A DNA stretch of 64,000 nt, taken from assembly GCA_963796965.1 (NCBI GenBank), contig CAWCNS010000009.1:256001-320000 (forward strand), in the 5' to 3' direction. Source of the DNA: Calditrichia bacterium (GTDB lineage: Bacteria; Calditrichota; Calditrichia; JAJRVZ01). Positions 10,195-20,652 of this stretch are shown here, piece after piece (the stretch's first letter is position 1; each line of letters begins with the position of its first letter). The notes under the pieces were generated by a model that saw nothing but the letters and a program-made list of their open reading frames with translations, was not told the origin of the DNA and did no database searches. Position numbers and translations under genes: made by a program.

Positions 10195-10543
10195 ATCGTA
10201 TCTCCTGTTTGATTATCATCTGAGCATGAAATGATCAATGAGAGTAACAGTATAAAGGATAATAATACTAACCATTTCATAATTTCAACTATTCATCTCT
10301 TAATTGTGATTCTTTAGTCGTTAGGCATTATCGTATAACCATAAATATAAACATCTATAAATCCAAAGGAAAACGTAAAAATCGGCCATAGAGCAATTAG
10401 GTTTTTTGATTTAGGATTTGTTCAGAGATTAATATTTAAGATTCAATATATACAATTGAAGGAATATCACAGTTAACCCTCTCGTTTTAAATTAATATAA
10501 TATCTAAAAACATTAACAGAGTATATTATCCCGGGAGTATTAA

Positions 10544-10986
10544 ATGAGATCACACCATTCTCTTTTTTTGTCTTTCTTCCCTCTTCTTATATAACCGGCT
10601 TTCAAAACACCAGTTTCGCCCATGATAATCATGATAAAAAACCAGATAGCGCAGCCGGTACAATAAAGGGTCTTGAGATTGATAACCTTATGACAGAAGA
10701 ACTCGAATTAACTGAAGGAACAGAGGTGGTTGTCAGTCATCTTATTATTCCTGCAAACACAACACTGCCAAAACACTGGCATCCCGGTGAAGAATTTGTA
10801 TATATTCTCGAAGGTTCCGGTATTCTCTGGCAAAAAGGAAAACCCGACGTCGTTCTAAAAAAGGGCGATGTATACAAGGTCCCACTAAAACAGGTACATA
10901 CAGCAAAGACATTAGAAGAAAGCGCTACAATCCTAGTCTTTCGGGTTATGAAAAGGAGAAATCTTGTCAGAGTAAATGTGGAATAA
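10544..10986 (+). CDS. Cupin-2 domain protein, probably secreted; probable frameshift in the leader (ORF track 10690..10986)
   Basis: PKHWHPGEEFVYILEG and VPLKQVH cupin motifs. GGGAG plus ATG at 10544 starts a hydrophobic leader in another frame. Confidence 0.75.
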
Positions 10987-11094
10987 ACCTTAAGAAGACG
11001 CATAAAAACTGATTTATCTAAGAACTGGTTCTATCCACATAACAAGAGTGATCATAATTAGAGTTTAGGATTTAGAAATTAGAGATTTTCTTCA

Positions 11095-11220
11095 CCGGCC
11101 GCTCAGGAAGGAATAGACCTGCCGGCAACCATAAATTGTTCCGCCGTTCCTGCTTAAGGCCAGGTGACGCCTTCTCTCTTTGCATACCCCTCACATCAAA
11201 ACTTCGTCAGGTGTGACGCT
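11095..11220 (-). pseudogene. Collapsed relic of a paralogous SIS + sodium:solute symporter operon
   Basis: 11146-11220 aligns to the SIS gene 3' end (KREGVTWP* versus KGEGVTWP* at 15156). 11096-11152 aligns to the symporter at 14664-14721 (AEQFMVAGRSIPS*AA versus AEQFMVAGRTIPSWAA). Confidence 0.8.
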
Positions 11221-11267
11221 ATAAATATAAACAACCTCAGACCATAAGGAAATCTCAAAATACAGAA

Positions 11268-11440
11268 AGTTGAATGTTTATAATGTTCTGGGACAAAAAG
11301 TGGCCATATTAGTATCGGAAAAACAACCACAAGGTCATTATCAGATTGAATGGGATGCCGCCTGATGTGCCACGGATTCTATTACTATGTCCTTAAGGCA
11401 GGTGATCAATTGGCGTGAGGAGGACAATGGTATTACATGA
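11268..11440 (+). pseudogene. Decayed fragment of a C-terminal secretion (T9SS-type CTD) domain
   Basis: LNVYNVLGQKVAILVSEKQPQGHYQIEWDAA* then GFYYYVLKAG in another frame; same pattern as the CTDs ending at 11519 and 47795. Confidence 0.7.
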
Positions 11441-11455
11441 AAACAAAATTAAATA

Positions 11456-11482
11456 GCCCTTTTTTTAAAAAAAAGGGGTATT
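11456..11482. terminator. AT-rich hairpin downstream of the beta-helix gene
   Basis: CCCTTTTTTT-AAAAAAAAGGGG inverted repeat. Confidence 0.4.
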
Positions 11483-11518
11483 CCAATTAATGATTAGATT
11501 TGTGTACTGTATAAGGGA

Positions 11519-13080
11519 TTAGCGCAAAAGTATCATCTTCTTTACATCCTGAAATTCACCACCGGCATTTATATGGTAGTAATAGACACCACTGGCAAAT
11601 CCTGAGGCATCCCATTCTAATTGATAATATCCGGCCTGCAAACTTTCCGAAACCAATGTAGCCGCTTCTTGCCCTAGAACATTGTAAATTTTTAGCGTAA
11701 CAAATTCACTTTTTTGTATAGAAAATTCAATGGTCGTTGTAGGATTAAAGGGATTCGGATAATTCTGAGAAAGCATGAATTCTTCTGGTATCAGATTCCC
11801 AGATACATTCAGCCCCGATGCAAGATCTACTTTTAAAGTATAACTTTGTGTCACTAATCCACCATTACCATCATCCACCTCGACTGTTATGTCATGATCA
11901 CCAGCATCAGACATATCCGGAGTTCCTTGGATCAAACCGGAGGTGCTGTCAATACTTAGAAAAGTTAGATCCGTGATGAGCCGGTATAGTAACGTGTCGG
12001 CATCCCTGTCTTCTGCCATTACCTGGTATTTATAAAGGGAATCAGGTATAGTACTGTATCTGGTAATGATGTAATCACCGGGGCATAATTAAATCCATAG
12101 ACATATTCATCTGCACCAATATCGGGGAATGACGCGTCGCGCAGTTCCTTATCCATATCATCAATTACCCCTGCTAATGGCGTCGCTGCGCTATCAAGGA
12201 TGGCAGATTTGACATGAAGGTTTGTCTGTGAGGCAAACTGGGGATTAATAGAAAGTGAATTTACATCTTTACTATTGGCAGCTTGTAATGCACTCAGATC
12301 TACAATATTGCTCGTACCCCAGTAGGCCAGATTAACACCGGTAGAATAATAATCATTATAATCTGAGGAAGTTATAGCAGAAGGTGTACTCACAACATAG
12401 GCATAGCCGCCTGCCGGGTTAGCAAATATATTATTGACAATATTGAGATTATTGCCACCGGTCATCTCAAACGAACGGCTGTTGGTTCCAGTCAGACTAT
12501 TCACACTATTGTAATAGATATTCTGACGCGTAGAAGCGTTCAGATAAATACCGCGCGAACTGTTTGCGTAATGACTGATCGTGTTATTGGCTACCAGGCC
12601 GGCTGTACCGACCGGGGCAACTCCGCCATCACATAAATATAAGTAGATGCCATAACCCGAGCCCACCGTAATACGGTTACCCCGAATAACCATCGCACCA
12701 TCACCATACAAAACATAAATCCCCATATCGCCGTCGGACTGTATCGTATTATCCGTTACCAAAAGATCATTAAAATAGGTTAAATCCAGGCCCCGGCGAA
12801 CATTGCTAAAGGTATTGCCAGTTATCTCTGCGCCATCGATAAGAATCGTTTGGCTAATTCCATACATATAAATACCGATGCTGCCCTTTGTAAACGTGTT
12901 ATTACGAAACTGCCACTTACCGCCAAGCATCTGATAAGCATATACGAGTGAAAGATTTATCGATGTTGAGGTGGTCGTAGAGCCGTTCAGCACATTGTCT
13001 TCCATACCAAAATCTTCTACCCCGCCCCAAAGATACATCACACGACCATAACTCACCGAACTGGCATTGTTCGATGCTAA
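11519..13080 (-). CDS. 5'-truncated secreted protein: right-handed beta-helix + Ig/cadherin-like domain + T9SS-type CTD; frameshift near 12020-12050
   Basis: PbH-like repeats (ITGNTFSN, VTDNTIQS, IRGNRITV, VANNTISH), PDIGADEY, SIDSTSGLIQGTP..ITVEVDDGNGG, LSQNYPNPFNPTTTIEF..KKMILLR. No signal peptide, and the ORF N-terminus upstream of ~13080 does not resemble the family. Confidence 0.7.
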
Positions 13081-13323
13081 TGAAGTTGATTTACAGCCAA
13101 AAAATAATCCGGACAAATCGGATGAGATTGACGGTTCGCTTGGGTTCTTCTTATAGAAAGAATGATCGATGTAAATATCCTTATAACACGAATTAATGAA
13201 TTTTCCATAAAAGATAAACTTCAACAGATACTCAAAACCTGGATTATAAAAACATCTGAAGATCTTTAGGTAGGGATGATGATAAAAAGGTTTTTAATAA
13301 ATAGCCTGATTAAGATTAGTCTA

Positions 13324-14815
13324 TCATGACTTAACCACCCAGCCTCTATTTTTAAAATGAAAAAACATGGCAACGATCAGGAGTGCCACGGTTCCAACCG
13401 CACCAATAATGATCTCTTCAATGTCACATTGAAACCATTGCCAGCCGGCCGGCAGATCACGAATAAAAGTACCCCAGGCGATGACCAATATACTGGCGGC
13501 AATCGACACCAGCCCCTGCCAGAGAGAAAGACGGATATTTAACAAAGCCAAAATAAATAAACCGAGTATCCCGCCTCCAAAAATACCTGATATCTGCCAC
13601 CATATATCCAGAGCACTTTGGGCCTGAATGATCAGCAGGGCAAAACCGGTTCCCAGTAAGCCCCAAATAGCCGTCGAAAAACGTAGAAACAATATACTGC
13701 CCTGTTCTCCGATCTCAGGCTTTAGATAGCGTTTATAGAAATCCAAAAATAAAACGGTGGCTGAACAATTTAGAGCGGAATCAACGGTACTCATCGCCGC
13801 GGCGATGATCGCTGCTACGATCAATCCTCTTAATCCGACCGGCAATTCGGTGGCGATGAAATAGGGAAAGACCTGATCCCCTTTGCTGATCGCCTCGCCG
13901 AGTACATGTTCGCTTCCTGAGTAGAAGGCAAATAAGGTTGTTCCAATATAGAGAAAGACGGCGGTCAGGGGGATATAAATAAGCATCGATATCCAGATCG
14001 AACGGGTAGACTTCTTTTACGCTGGAAACAGAAGCATATTTTTGTACATAGTTCTGATCACCAAGAAAATCGCGCAGCATCTCCGTAACCCCATAGATAA
14101 TCATCACCCAGATCGTCCGTGAGGAGAGCGAGAGCTCCCAACTGCCCAGATTGAACTTATTCGCCTCCCAGGCGGAACTAATCAGGAATTCTGGTTGCGA
14201 AAACACCTCTATCGTCAGATAAACGGCACAAAATAAAATGCCAAAAATCATGATTACCGATTGCATGACATCAGTCCAGACAACCGCTTCCATACCCCCA
14301 AGCAGGGTATAGATGATCGTGATCGTTCCAATAACAATGATCACAGCCGCAATATTCCAGGGCACAAAATAACTTAATAATAACCCGGCCAGATAAAGGA
14401 TCACCGCTGCCCTGCCAATCATATACAAGACAAAGGATAGTGCGGCATAAATACGTCCCCAGGCCCCCAGTTTCTCTTCGAGAAAACTATAAACCGAGAT
14501 GATTTTTTTTTCGTGGTAATAGGGGACGACATATTTGTTGACAAACCAGACAACAGGTGGAATAACCAGGACAAAAACAAGCGGATGCCAATTTGTATCA
14601 TATGCTTTTCCGGGCGTAGCAATATAGGAAATACTGCTTGTTGCCGCACTCATAATGGCCAGGGCGGCTGCCCAGGAGGGAATAGTCCTTCCCGCAACCA
14701 TAAACTGTTCAGCCGTGCCTGATTTACGGGTAAAATAAATGCCCATTCCAATCAGGACAAGCGCATAGGTAATTATGATGATGACATCAATCAAATCAAA
14801 ATAACCAAGATTCAT
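13324..14815 (-). CDS. Sodium:solute symporter (SSS family, sugar/sialic-acid type); frameshift near 13990
   Basis: ORFs 13781..14815 and 13324..13986: FMVAGRTIPSW, GGMEAVVWTDVMQ, DQNYVQKY, GLRGLIVAAIIAAAMSTVDSALN. Confidence 0.9.
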
Positions 14816-14845
14816 GATTATCCCTTCTAACGTATGACTAGTTTA

Positions 14846-15137
14846 AAAGATAACCACAAAGGACACAAAGCCCCGATATATATGTCTACATCACGTAGTC
14901 ATAGCAGAATGAAATCCTCTTCCGAAGGAATCCCTTCGGAAGAGGATTTCAAAGGCACAAAGGACACAGAGAAAAGATTCTTTCTATTTATTTAATCTCG
15001 GCTTACAGAGATCTGTGATTTTAAACTATAGCTAAGAGTAAGCAATATCTAAAACCCTAAAATTTATCTTTGTGAACTTTGTGCCTGCTTTGTGTCCTTT
15101 TGCCGAAGGGATCCCTTCGGGAGTGGTTATCTTTTTT
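14846..15137. repeat. Inverted-repeat element of the CACAAAG family carrying an 18-bp-stem palindrome
   Basis: Left arm aaaagataaccacaaaggacacaaag mirrors right arm ctttgtgtccttt...gtggttatctttt. Internal GAAATCCTCTTCCGAAGG-aatc-CCTTCGGAAGAGGATTTC at 14911-14950. Confidence 0.7.
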
Positions 15138-15155
15138 CAAATCGGAGGTTCCTGT

Positions 15156-16231
15156 TTAGGGCCAGGTTACGCCCTCCCCCTTGGCCAGAACGCCCCTTCC
15201 CATCAAGACCCTCTCGTCAAGATCTGTGATGCCCCGCATCAGGGTAGACCACACAGCAAACCACTGCAAGGGGATCATTAATACAAAAGGATCCAATAGT
15301 GAATGGAAATCACTGTAATCAGCAGCATCAAAAACAGTAACATGCGCCCCATTATTCTCGCATACATCAACTACCCGCTCAACCAATGTTCGGGAAGAAT
15401 CGGTTCCTTTCAAGATTACAATGGCCGGTTTTTCCCTATCAAACATCTCGGCCGGGCCATGCCGGAATTCCGTTGCATCCATAAACGAACCATTAACCCG
15501 CATATTCTCCATGAAAACGGTCAGACCAAATTTATAACCCAGCCAGAAGTTCGGTCCGCTTGCTAACGTGTATATCATTCGTTCATCAAGGAACTCTTGC
15601 GCTAGTTTTTTCGCTGGCTCACGCTCCTGCTCATACTGGCGGGAAAAAGCTCCGGCAGCCGATGAATATCCGCAACAATTTCTTCTGTCCCCTCTGCCCC
15701 ATGCAGCCGGGCCAGCTCAAGCGCAAACAGATAGACCGCTGCCATCGGAAGAACATAGAGGGCTTTGGATTTGTAGGGAATCACTTCTTTTGCTTCACGT
15801 CCCAATAAACTGTCTGCCTTGTCTACAAGGGAGATAGTCGTTGCGCCACAGGCGTTGGCATGTCTAAGGGCCTCTACCGTATCCTCTGTCGCTCCGGAGT
15901 ATGACGATACAAAAACCCAGGCATTCTTATTTAATCTTTTTGGATTTCGCCATACGAATTCATATGAGATTAACACATCAGTAGTCAGGTCAGTCATTTG
16001 ATCGAGGATGTATTTTCCTGGAGCGAGATTAAGCCAGGAGTTCCCACTGCCCACCCAATAGATCTGCTCGACTTTTTCGTCGAAGGCGCGCTTCGCGAGT
16101 GCCTGAATCCGCGCTTCTTCATCCTTCAAAAATCGTTTGAGATCAGGCGCCAGAACAGGCGCACTAAAAAGCATACTGTCGATCCCTTTTTCGACCAGAT
16201 TTTCCAATTCCATGTTTTCTATTTTTTCCAT
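15156..16231 (-). CDS. Double-SIS-domain protein, FrlB/GlmS-C-like (sugar-amine-phosphate deglycase/isomerase); frameshift near 15600
   Basis: WVGSGNS, SSYSGATEDTVEA and EFRHGPAEM motifs across ORFs 15602..16231 and 15156..15578. Confidence 0.85.
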
Positions 16232-16341
16232 TTTCTTAACCCTCCAAAAAGAATGCTAATTATTTATAGTTTGTATCATAAGATACTATTTTATTAAATA
16301 TATTTTTTATACCATTATCTCCGTTGTCTTGACTTCACTAT

Positions 16342-16430
16342 GACCTCACCCCTTGACCAATGCTCAGAATAAACCAAAGCCTTTGCCCTTCCCCTCTCCT
16401 CTCAGGAGAGGGGATTAAGGGGTGAGGTCT
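16342..16430. repeat. REP-like palindrome of the CCCCTCTCC..GGAGAGGGG..GGGGTGAGG family
   Basis: gacctcacccctt...cccctctcctctcaggagaggggattaaggggtgaggtc. Related copies near 3383-3440, 54657-54722 and 59703-59752. Confidence 0.7.
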
Positions 16431-16453
16431 ATAACAATCAGCACAACTATACC

Positions 16454-17467
16454 CTAATCCATTCCGACCATCAATTTCAGTGTATCAGGACCACCAAAGA
16501 TCTTAAAAACATCCAGGTAATCATCGATCCCAATATGGTGGGATATCAAATTGTCTACCTGTACTTTCCCGCTGCCTAGCAATTGGACCGCCCGCGCTGT
16601 GGCAAAAGGGTTATTAAATGAACCATGAATACTTATCTCGGCATCATTGATATAAAAGGGATCGATCTCGATCTTGCTTCCTTCCGGACTACAGCCAAAC
16701 CAAACGACTGTTCCTCCTTTCCGGATGTAATAGACCGATTGCGCTTGTATCTTCAAATTACCTGAAGCCTCAAAGATCACGTCCGCTCCAATGGTGCGAA
16801 GTTTTCGAAGCTCTTTATCAATATCCTGATTTATTGGATCCAACACGTGTGTGGCGCCATTTTCCATGGCAATTTCACGGCGGTGGGCAATCGGCTCGCT
16901 AACGATCACTTGAGCCGCACCGGCTAAGGCACATAATTGGGTGAGTAGATTGCCCATACCCCCTGCGCCTAAAATCAAGACGGTATCCCCGTGCTGTACA
17001 TGACCCATTTCTAATCCATGCACGGCGCATGCTAATGGTTCAGTGAATGCTGCCGCCTCAAAACTGACAGTATCGGGAATTTTATAGACATTACTTTCAA
17101 CCATCACACAATACTCGGCATCTGCCCCATCGATATGAACGCCCATGGAGGATAGGTTTACACACAAATGTTCTTTTCCCATACGGCAATAATCGCATCG
17201 CCGGCACGTACGATTCGGATCTACCGTCACCCTATCGCCAATTTCCAGACTTTTGACATCAGTTCCGGTAGCGACAACCTCACCCGCAAACTCGTGGCCA
17301 ATAATTACAGGATAATTAGCCGGGAAACCGCCGGTGTACAATGAATGGTCGGTTCCACAAACACCACAGGCTTTAATCCGAATTAACACTTCATTTTCTT
17401 TTGGGGTCGGGACATCTTTTTCGATAACCCTAATATCTCCCGGCTTATAGATTACGGCGGCCTTCAT
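16454..17467 (-). CDS. Zinc-dependent medium-chain dehydrogenase (polyol/sugar type)
   Basis: CGVCGTD, GHEFAG, structural Zn CRRCDYC..C, GAGGMG. Confidence 0.9.
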   Translation of the reverse strand: MKAAVIYKPGDIRVIEKDVPTPKENEVLIRIKACGVCGTDHSLYTGGFPANYPVIIGHEFAGEVVATGTDVKSLEIGDRVTVDPNRTCRRCDYCRMGKEHLCVNLSSMGVHIDGADAEYCVMVESNVYKIPDTVSFEAAAFTEPLACAVHGLEMGHVQHGDTVLILGAGGMGNLLTQLCALAGAAQVIVSEPIAHRREIAMENGATHVLDPINQDIDKELRKLRTIGADVIFEASGNLKIQAQSVYYIRKGGTVVWFGCSPEGSKIEIDPFYINDAEISIHGSFNNPFATARAVQLLGSGKVQVDNLISHHIGIDDYLDVFKIFGGPDTLKLMVGMD

Positions 17468-17539
17468 CGGATCATTCTCCTCAATAGTGATAAGACATTA
17501 AAACAAGTTCAGTGTGACTTATTTGTCATCCCCTTTATT

Positions 17540-17723
17540 GGGGCTGTTGCAGTTTAGGTTTTTATTAGCCAAAACTGAATTTATTCTATCGATTAAGCAA
17601 AATCTATTCCCCATTAGAAAGGGGGTTAGTCCCGTAGAACGGGATTAGTCCCCCTTTCCAAGGGGGAGACAGGTCCTGGCTTCACTAAGAATTGTACAAT
17701 TTATCCGATACTGCAACAGCCCC
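17540..17723. mobile_element. 184-bp MITE with perfect 14-bp terminal inverted repeats and 4-bp target duplication
   Basis: GGGGCTGTTGCAGT (17540-17553) and ACTGCAACAGCCCC (17710-17723), flanked on both sides by TATT. Confidence 0.8.
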
Positions 17724-17856
17724 TATTAAGGGGAAATTCGATCTCAGTTTCATGTTAAAATTGTACTAACTCACCAAATCAAATTGTTACCTTTATTCTG
17801 AAGTATTACACCGCTGGCGAACTTAATTCAGGATCTAATTGGCATAATTAAAATTT

Positions 17857-19035
17857 TTAATGACCACCCAATGCCCAATAAGACATGGCCGGTTCCATAC
17901 ACGCTTCCAGGAGCAGGTCAAAATCATCCGGGCCTGCCGGGCGGGGGCTGGATGCATCCCAGCCGGGTCGATTGACAAGTTCCTTCACTTTGCTAAGATC
18001 GTCCACACCAATGGCCTTTAAACCTAATGGTAAACCGACATCCTCGATTAATTCCCGGATCGTAGTGGGCGCCAGCATTGCAGCCTCACGAAGACTCAAT
18101 TCGCTAATATCCTCACCCATCAATTCCGCAATTGTGGCGAACTTTTCCATGGCGGCGAAGCAGTTGTATTCCATCGTAGCAGGTAAACATAACGCAACAC
18201 TCAGGCCATGACCCACATTGTAAACACCCCCAACCGCTTCGCCAATCACATGGGCCAGGCAGCTATCAGACTGCGTAATCGCCATTCCCGCCAGCGTATT
18301 GGCCAGCATCATGTTATAACGGGCAACCCTATCTTTACCGTCGTATACCGCTTTTCGTAAATTGTCTGAAACTAGCCCAATCGCTTGAACCGCCAGGGCA
18401 TCGACGACGGGCGTGGAAAATTTACAGTAATACGCTTCCATGGCGTGAGAAAGGGCATCCAGCCCGGTTTCCGCTGTGATATGGGGGGGTAAATCTAATG
18501 TCAATAGTGGATCACAGATCGACAACCTGGGAAAAAACTGTGGTAAGGCAAATCCTTCCTTTTGCTTCAATTCACGATGGCTGACCACCGTAAAGAAGGT
18601 GGCTTCCGAACCGGTTCCTGCCGTTGTGGTTATGGCAACGACCGGGAGTGAATCATGGGTTACCGGAGCACCTTTGTAAATCTCCCAGATATCTTTGTTT
18701 TCACTGGCAACAACGGAAATACCTTTGGCTGCATCTATGGCGCTGCCCCCACCAAGAGCAATGATGACATCACAATTCTCTGTTCTCGCGAGTTCACCAC
18801 CACGATTAATCAACTTATGATCAGGATTGGTTTCAACCTCACGGTAAACCACAACCGAAACCCCGTTATCCTTTAATAAACTGATCGCTCTATCGAGCCA
18901 ATTCTCAAGTGTATCATCGGGATAGGTGACAATTAATGCCCGTTTACCAATTTGGGATACCTCTTCGCCCAGGATATTGAATTTTCCATTTCCAAATACT
19001 ATCCGGGTTGGGATAGAAAAACCAAAATCTTTCAT
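17857..19035 (-). CDS. Iron-containing alcohol dehydrogenase family protein
   Basis: GGGSAIDAAK, TTAGTGSE, DALSHAMEAY, AHVIGE..HG iron ligands. Confidence 0.92.
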   Translation of the reverse strand: MKDFGFSIPTRIVFGNGKFNILGEEVSQIGKRALIVTYPDDTLENWLDRAISLLKDNGVSVVVYREVETNPDHKLINRGGELARTENCDVIIALGGGSAIDAAKGISVVASENKDIWEIYKGAPVTHDSLPVVAITTTAGTGSEATFFTVVSHRELKQKEGFALPQFFPRLSICDPLLTLDLPPHITAETGLDALSHAMEAYYCKFSTPVVDALAVQAIGLVSDNLRKAVYDGKDRVARYNMMLANTLAGMAITQSDSCLAHVIGEAVGGVYNVGHGLSVALCLPATMEYNCFAAMEKFATIAELMGEDISELSLREAAMLAPTTIRELIEDVGLPLGLKAIGVDDLSKVKELVNRPGWDASSPRPAGPDDFDLLLEACMEPAMSYWALGGH

Positions 19036-19119
19036 CGATTTACCTCCAAACTTCAGTCAAGCGTTTCTGTATATCAACAAATCTCCTCATCAAGGTTACT
19101 TCATAGCCTGAATAATTTA

Positions 19120-19280
19120 TCTCTCGCTAAGACGCAAAGACGCAGAGGACGCAGAGTAATTTTATGTGTTTTGGATCTCAAAACAACTTAGTAACTTATT
19201 TAAAAACCAAAATTATAAGCAGAGCACAGATAAACTCTAAAAAATCTTTTCTCTGCGTCTTTGCGTCTTTGCGTGAGGAA
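19120..19280. repeat. Inverted pair of GACGCA(A/G)AG tandem motifs
   Basis: ctctcgctaagacgcaaagacgcagaggacgcagag ... ctctgcgtctttgcgtctttgcgtgagg. Confidence 0.7.
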
Positions 19281-19291
19281 AACATGATAGA

Positions 19292-20104
19292 TCAAGCTAG
19301 CAATGATTCATCACAATTTTCAGCCGATAGGTTCACCAATGTTGTAGAAATACCCTTGTTATCAAGAAATTCAATATAGTTCTTTTCAATACAATCATCT
19401 GTAATCACCTGATCAATATCCTCCCAGGGACACACCTTGTATGGCGCATTGACACCAAATTTTGTTGAATCTGCCACCATGATTACCTGGTCACTATTTT
19501 GGATCATCAGCTGTTTCATAGGAACTTCTTCCAGAACAATATTTGATACGCCCACATCCATGCTGGCGGCGTCAATTCCGAGAAATACCTTGTTGGCACG
19601 GATGTTTCTCAAGGCTATTTCTGTATAGGGGCCATAAAGCGAATAAAACGATCGACGCAAAATACCACCAAGCACGATGACGTTAATATTTTTTACTGAG
19701 CCAAGCGTATGGGCAACTGCGATATCGCACGTTACAACGGTTACATTTTCAAATTGTTGATTCCGCAGGTTCTGCGCAATTTGTGCATTGGTGGTCCCCG
19801 AATCTAGAATGATGGTTTCATTGTCCCTGATCAGGTCCACTGCCGCTTGCCCAATCAACCGTTTGTTCTCTTTATTGACATGTACCTTTGTTTCATAAAC
19901 CGGCTCACTGCCGCTGGCCAAAAAGTCAACATCATAAGAACCGCCATGATCGAGACGTATCAGGCTTTGTTCTTTCAGCGCTTTCAAATCTCTTCGGATT
20001 GTTGCTGTCGTAACTTCAAATATGGATGCGAGATCCTCATTTTTAACAAATCCTCTCTCACGAATGAGTTGCAGAATTTTCGCTTGTCTTTCCGCTCGCA
20101 TCAT
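19292..20104 (-). CDS. DeoR/GlpR family transcriptional regulator
   Basis: RQAKILQLI..VTTATIRRDLKAL HTH, LDSGTT, ADSTKFG. Start placed at MMRAER. Confidence 0.92.
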   Translation of the reverse strand: MMRAERQAKILQLIRERGFVKNEDLASIFEVTTATIRRDLKALKEQSLIRLDHGGSYDVDFLASGSEPVYETKVHVNKENKRLIGQAAVDLIRDNETIILDSGTTNAQIAQNLRNQQFENVTVVTCDIAVAHTLGSVKNINVIVLGGILRRSFYSLYGPYTEIALRNIRANKVFLGIDAASMDVGVSNIVLEEVPMKQLMIQNSDQVIMVADSTKFGVNAPYKVCPWEDIDQVITDDCIEKNYIEFLDNKGISTTLVNLSAENCDESLLA

Positions 20105-20159
20105 ATATCTACCCCAATCAAACAAAAAAGAACACAAATAGTCTTATTTATATCTGATT

Positions 20160-20188
20160 ATTATACAATTAAAGTAATTTGAAGTCAA
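20160..20188 (-). promoter_or_regulatory. sigma70 promoter for the deoR operon
   Basis: TTGACT-17 nt-TATAAT on the minus strand. Confidence 0.75.
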
Positions 20189-20284
20189 ATATTTCTTAAA
20201 TGATCAGTAATGTGTGTTAAGATGCTTAAAATTCCATAAATCAGGGCAATTTAAACAAGAACAAACATAAACAAACAGTATATA

Positions 20285-20313
20285 TTGACTTTCATGTTTT
20301 TTTATTTTACAAT
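20285..20313 (+). promoter_or_regulatory. Divergent sigma70 promoter for the aldolase-kinase operon
   Basis: TTGACT-17 nt-TACAAT, preceded by AAACA(A/T) direct repeats at 20254-20277 (possible operator). Confidence 0.7.
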
Positions 20314-20652
20314 AGGAGTGTTTTAGCGTCAGGGCAGTGAATTCTGTCTGAATTGATTAATTTGATCTATTCGTAACACAGCCACTGTCTGCTCCAAAGG
20401 AGTCCTTCGGACAAATAATTTTCAATTTACAAATGACATAATCCAAATAATAACCAAACTCCAAAGTATCAATAACAATAATTTGTTCATTTTAAAACAT
20501 GGAAGTTGTGATTTGATATTTATTTGATAATTGAAATTTGTGATTTGTCATTTCAAAAACATTGCGTCTTTGCGAGAGATGAATTATCGGGGTTAATCAA
20601 TAATAATTAACTATACGTTTTTTCTTTATGACATAAAAATAGCAGGGCAAAC

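Noticed and set aside
11103..11105. In-frame TGA in the symporter-like relic
   Set aside because: It replaces a Trp codon in a short decayed fragment; an ordinary nonsense change.
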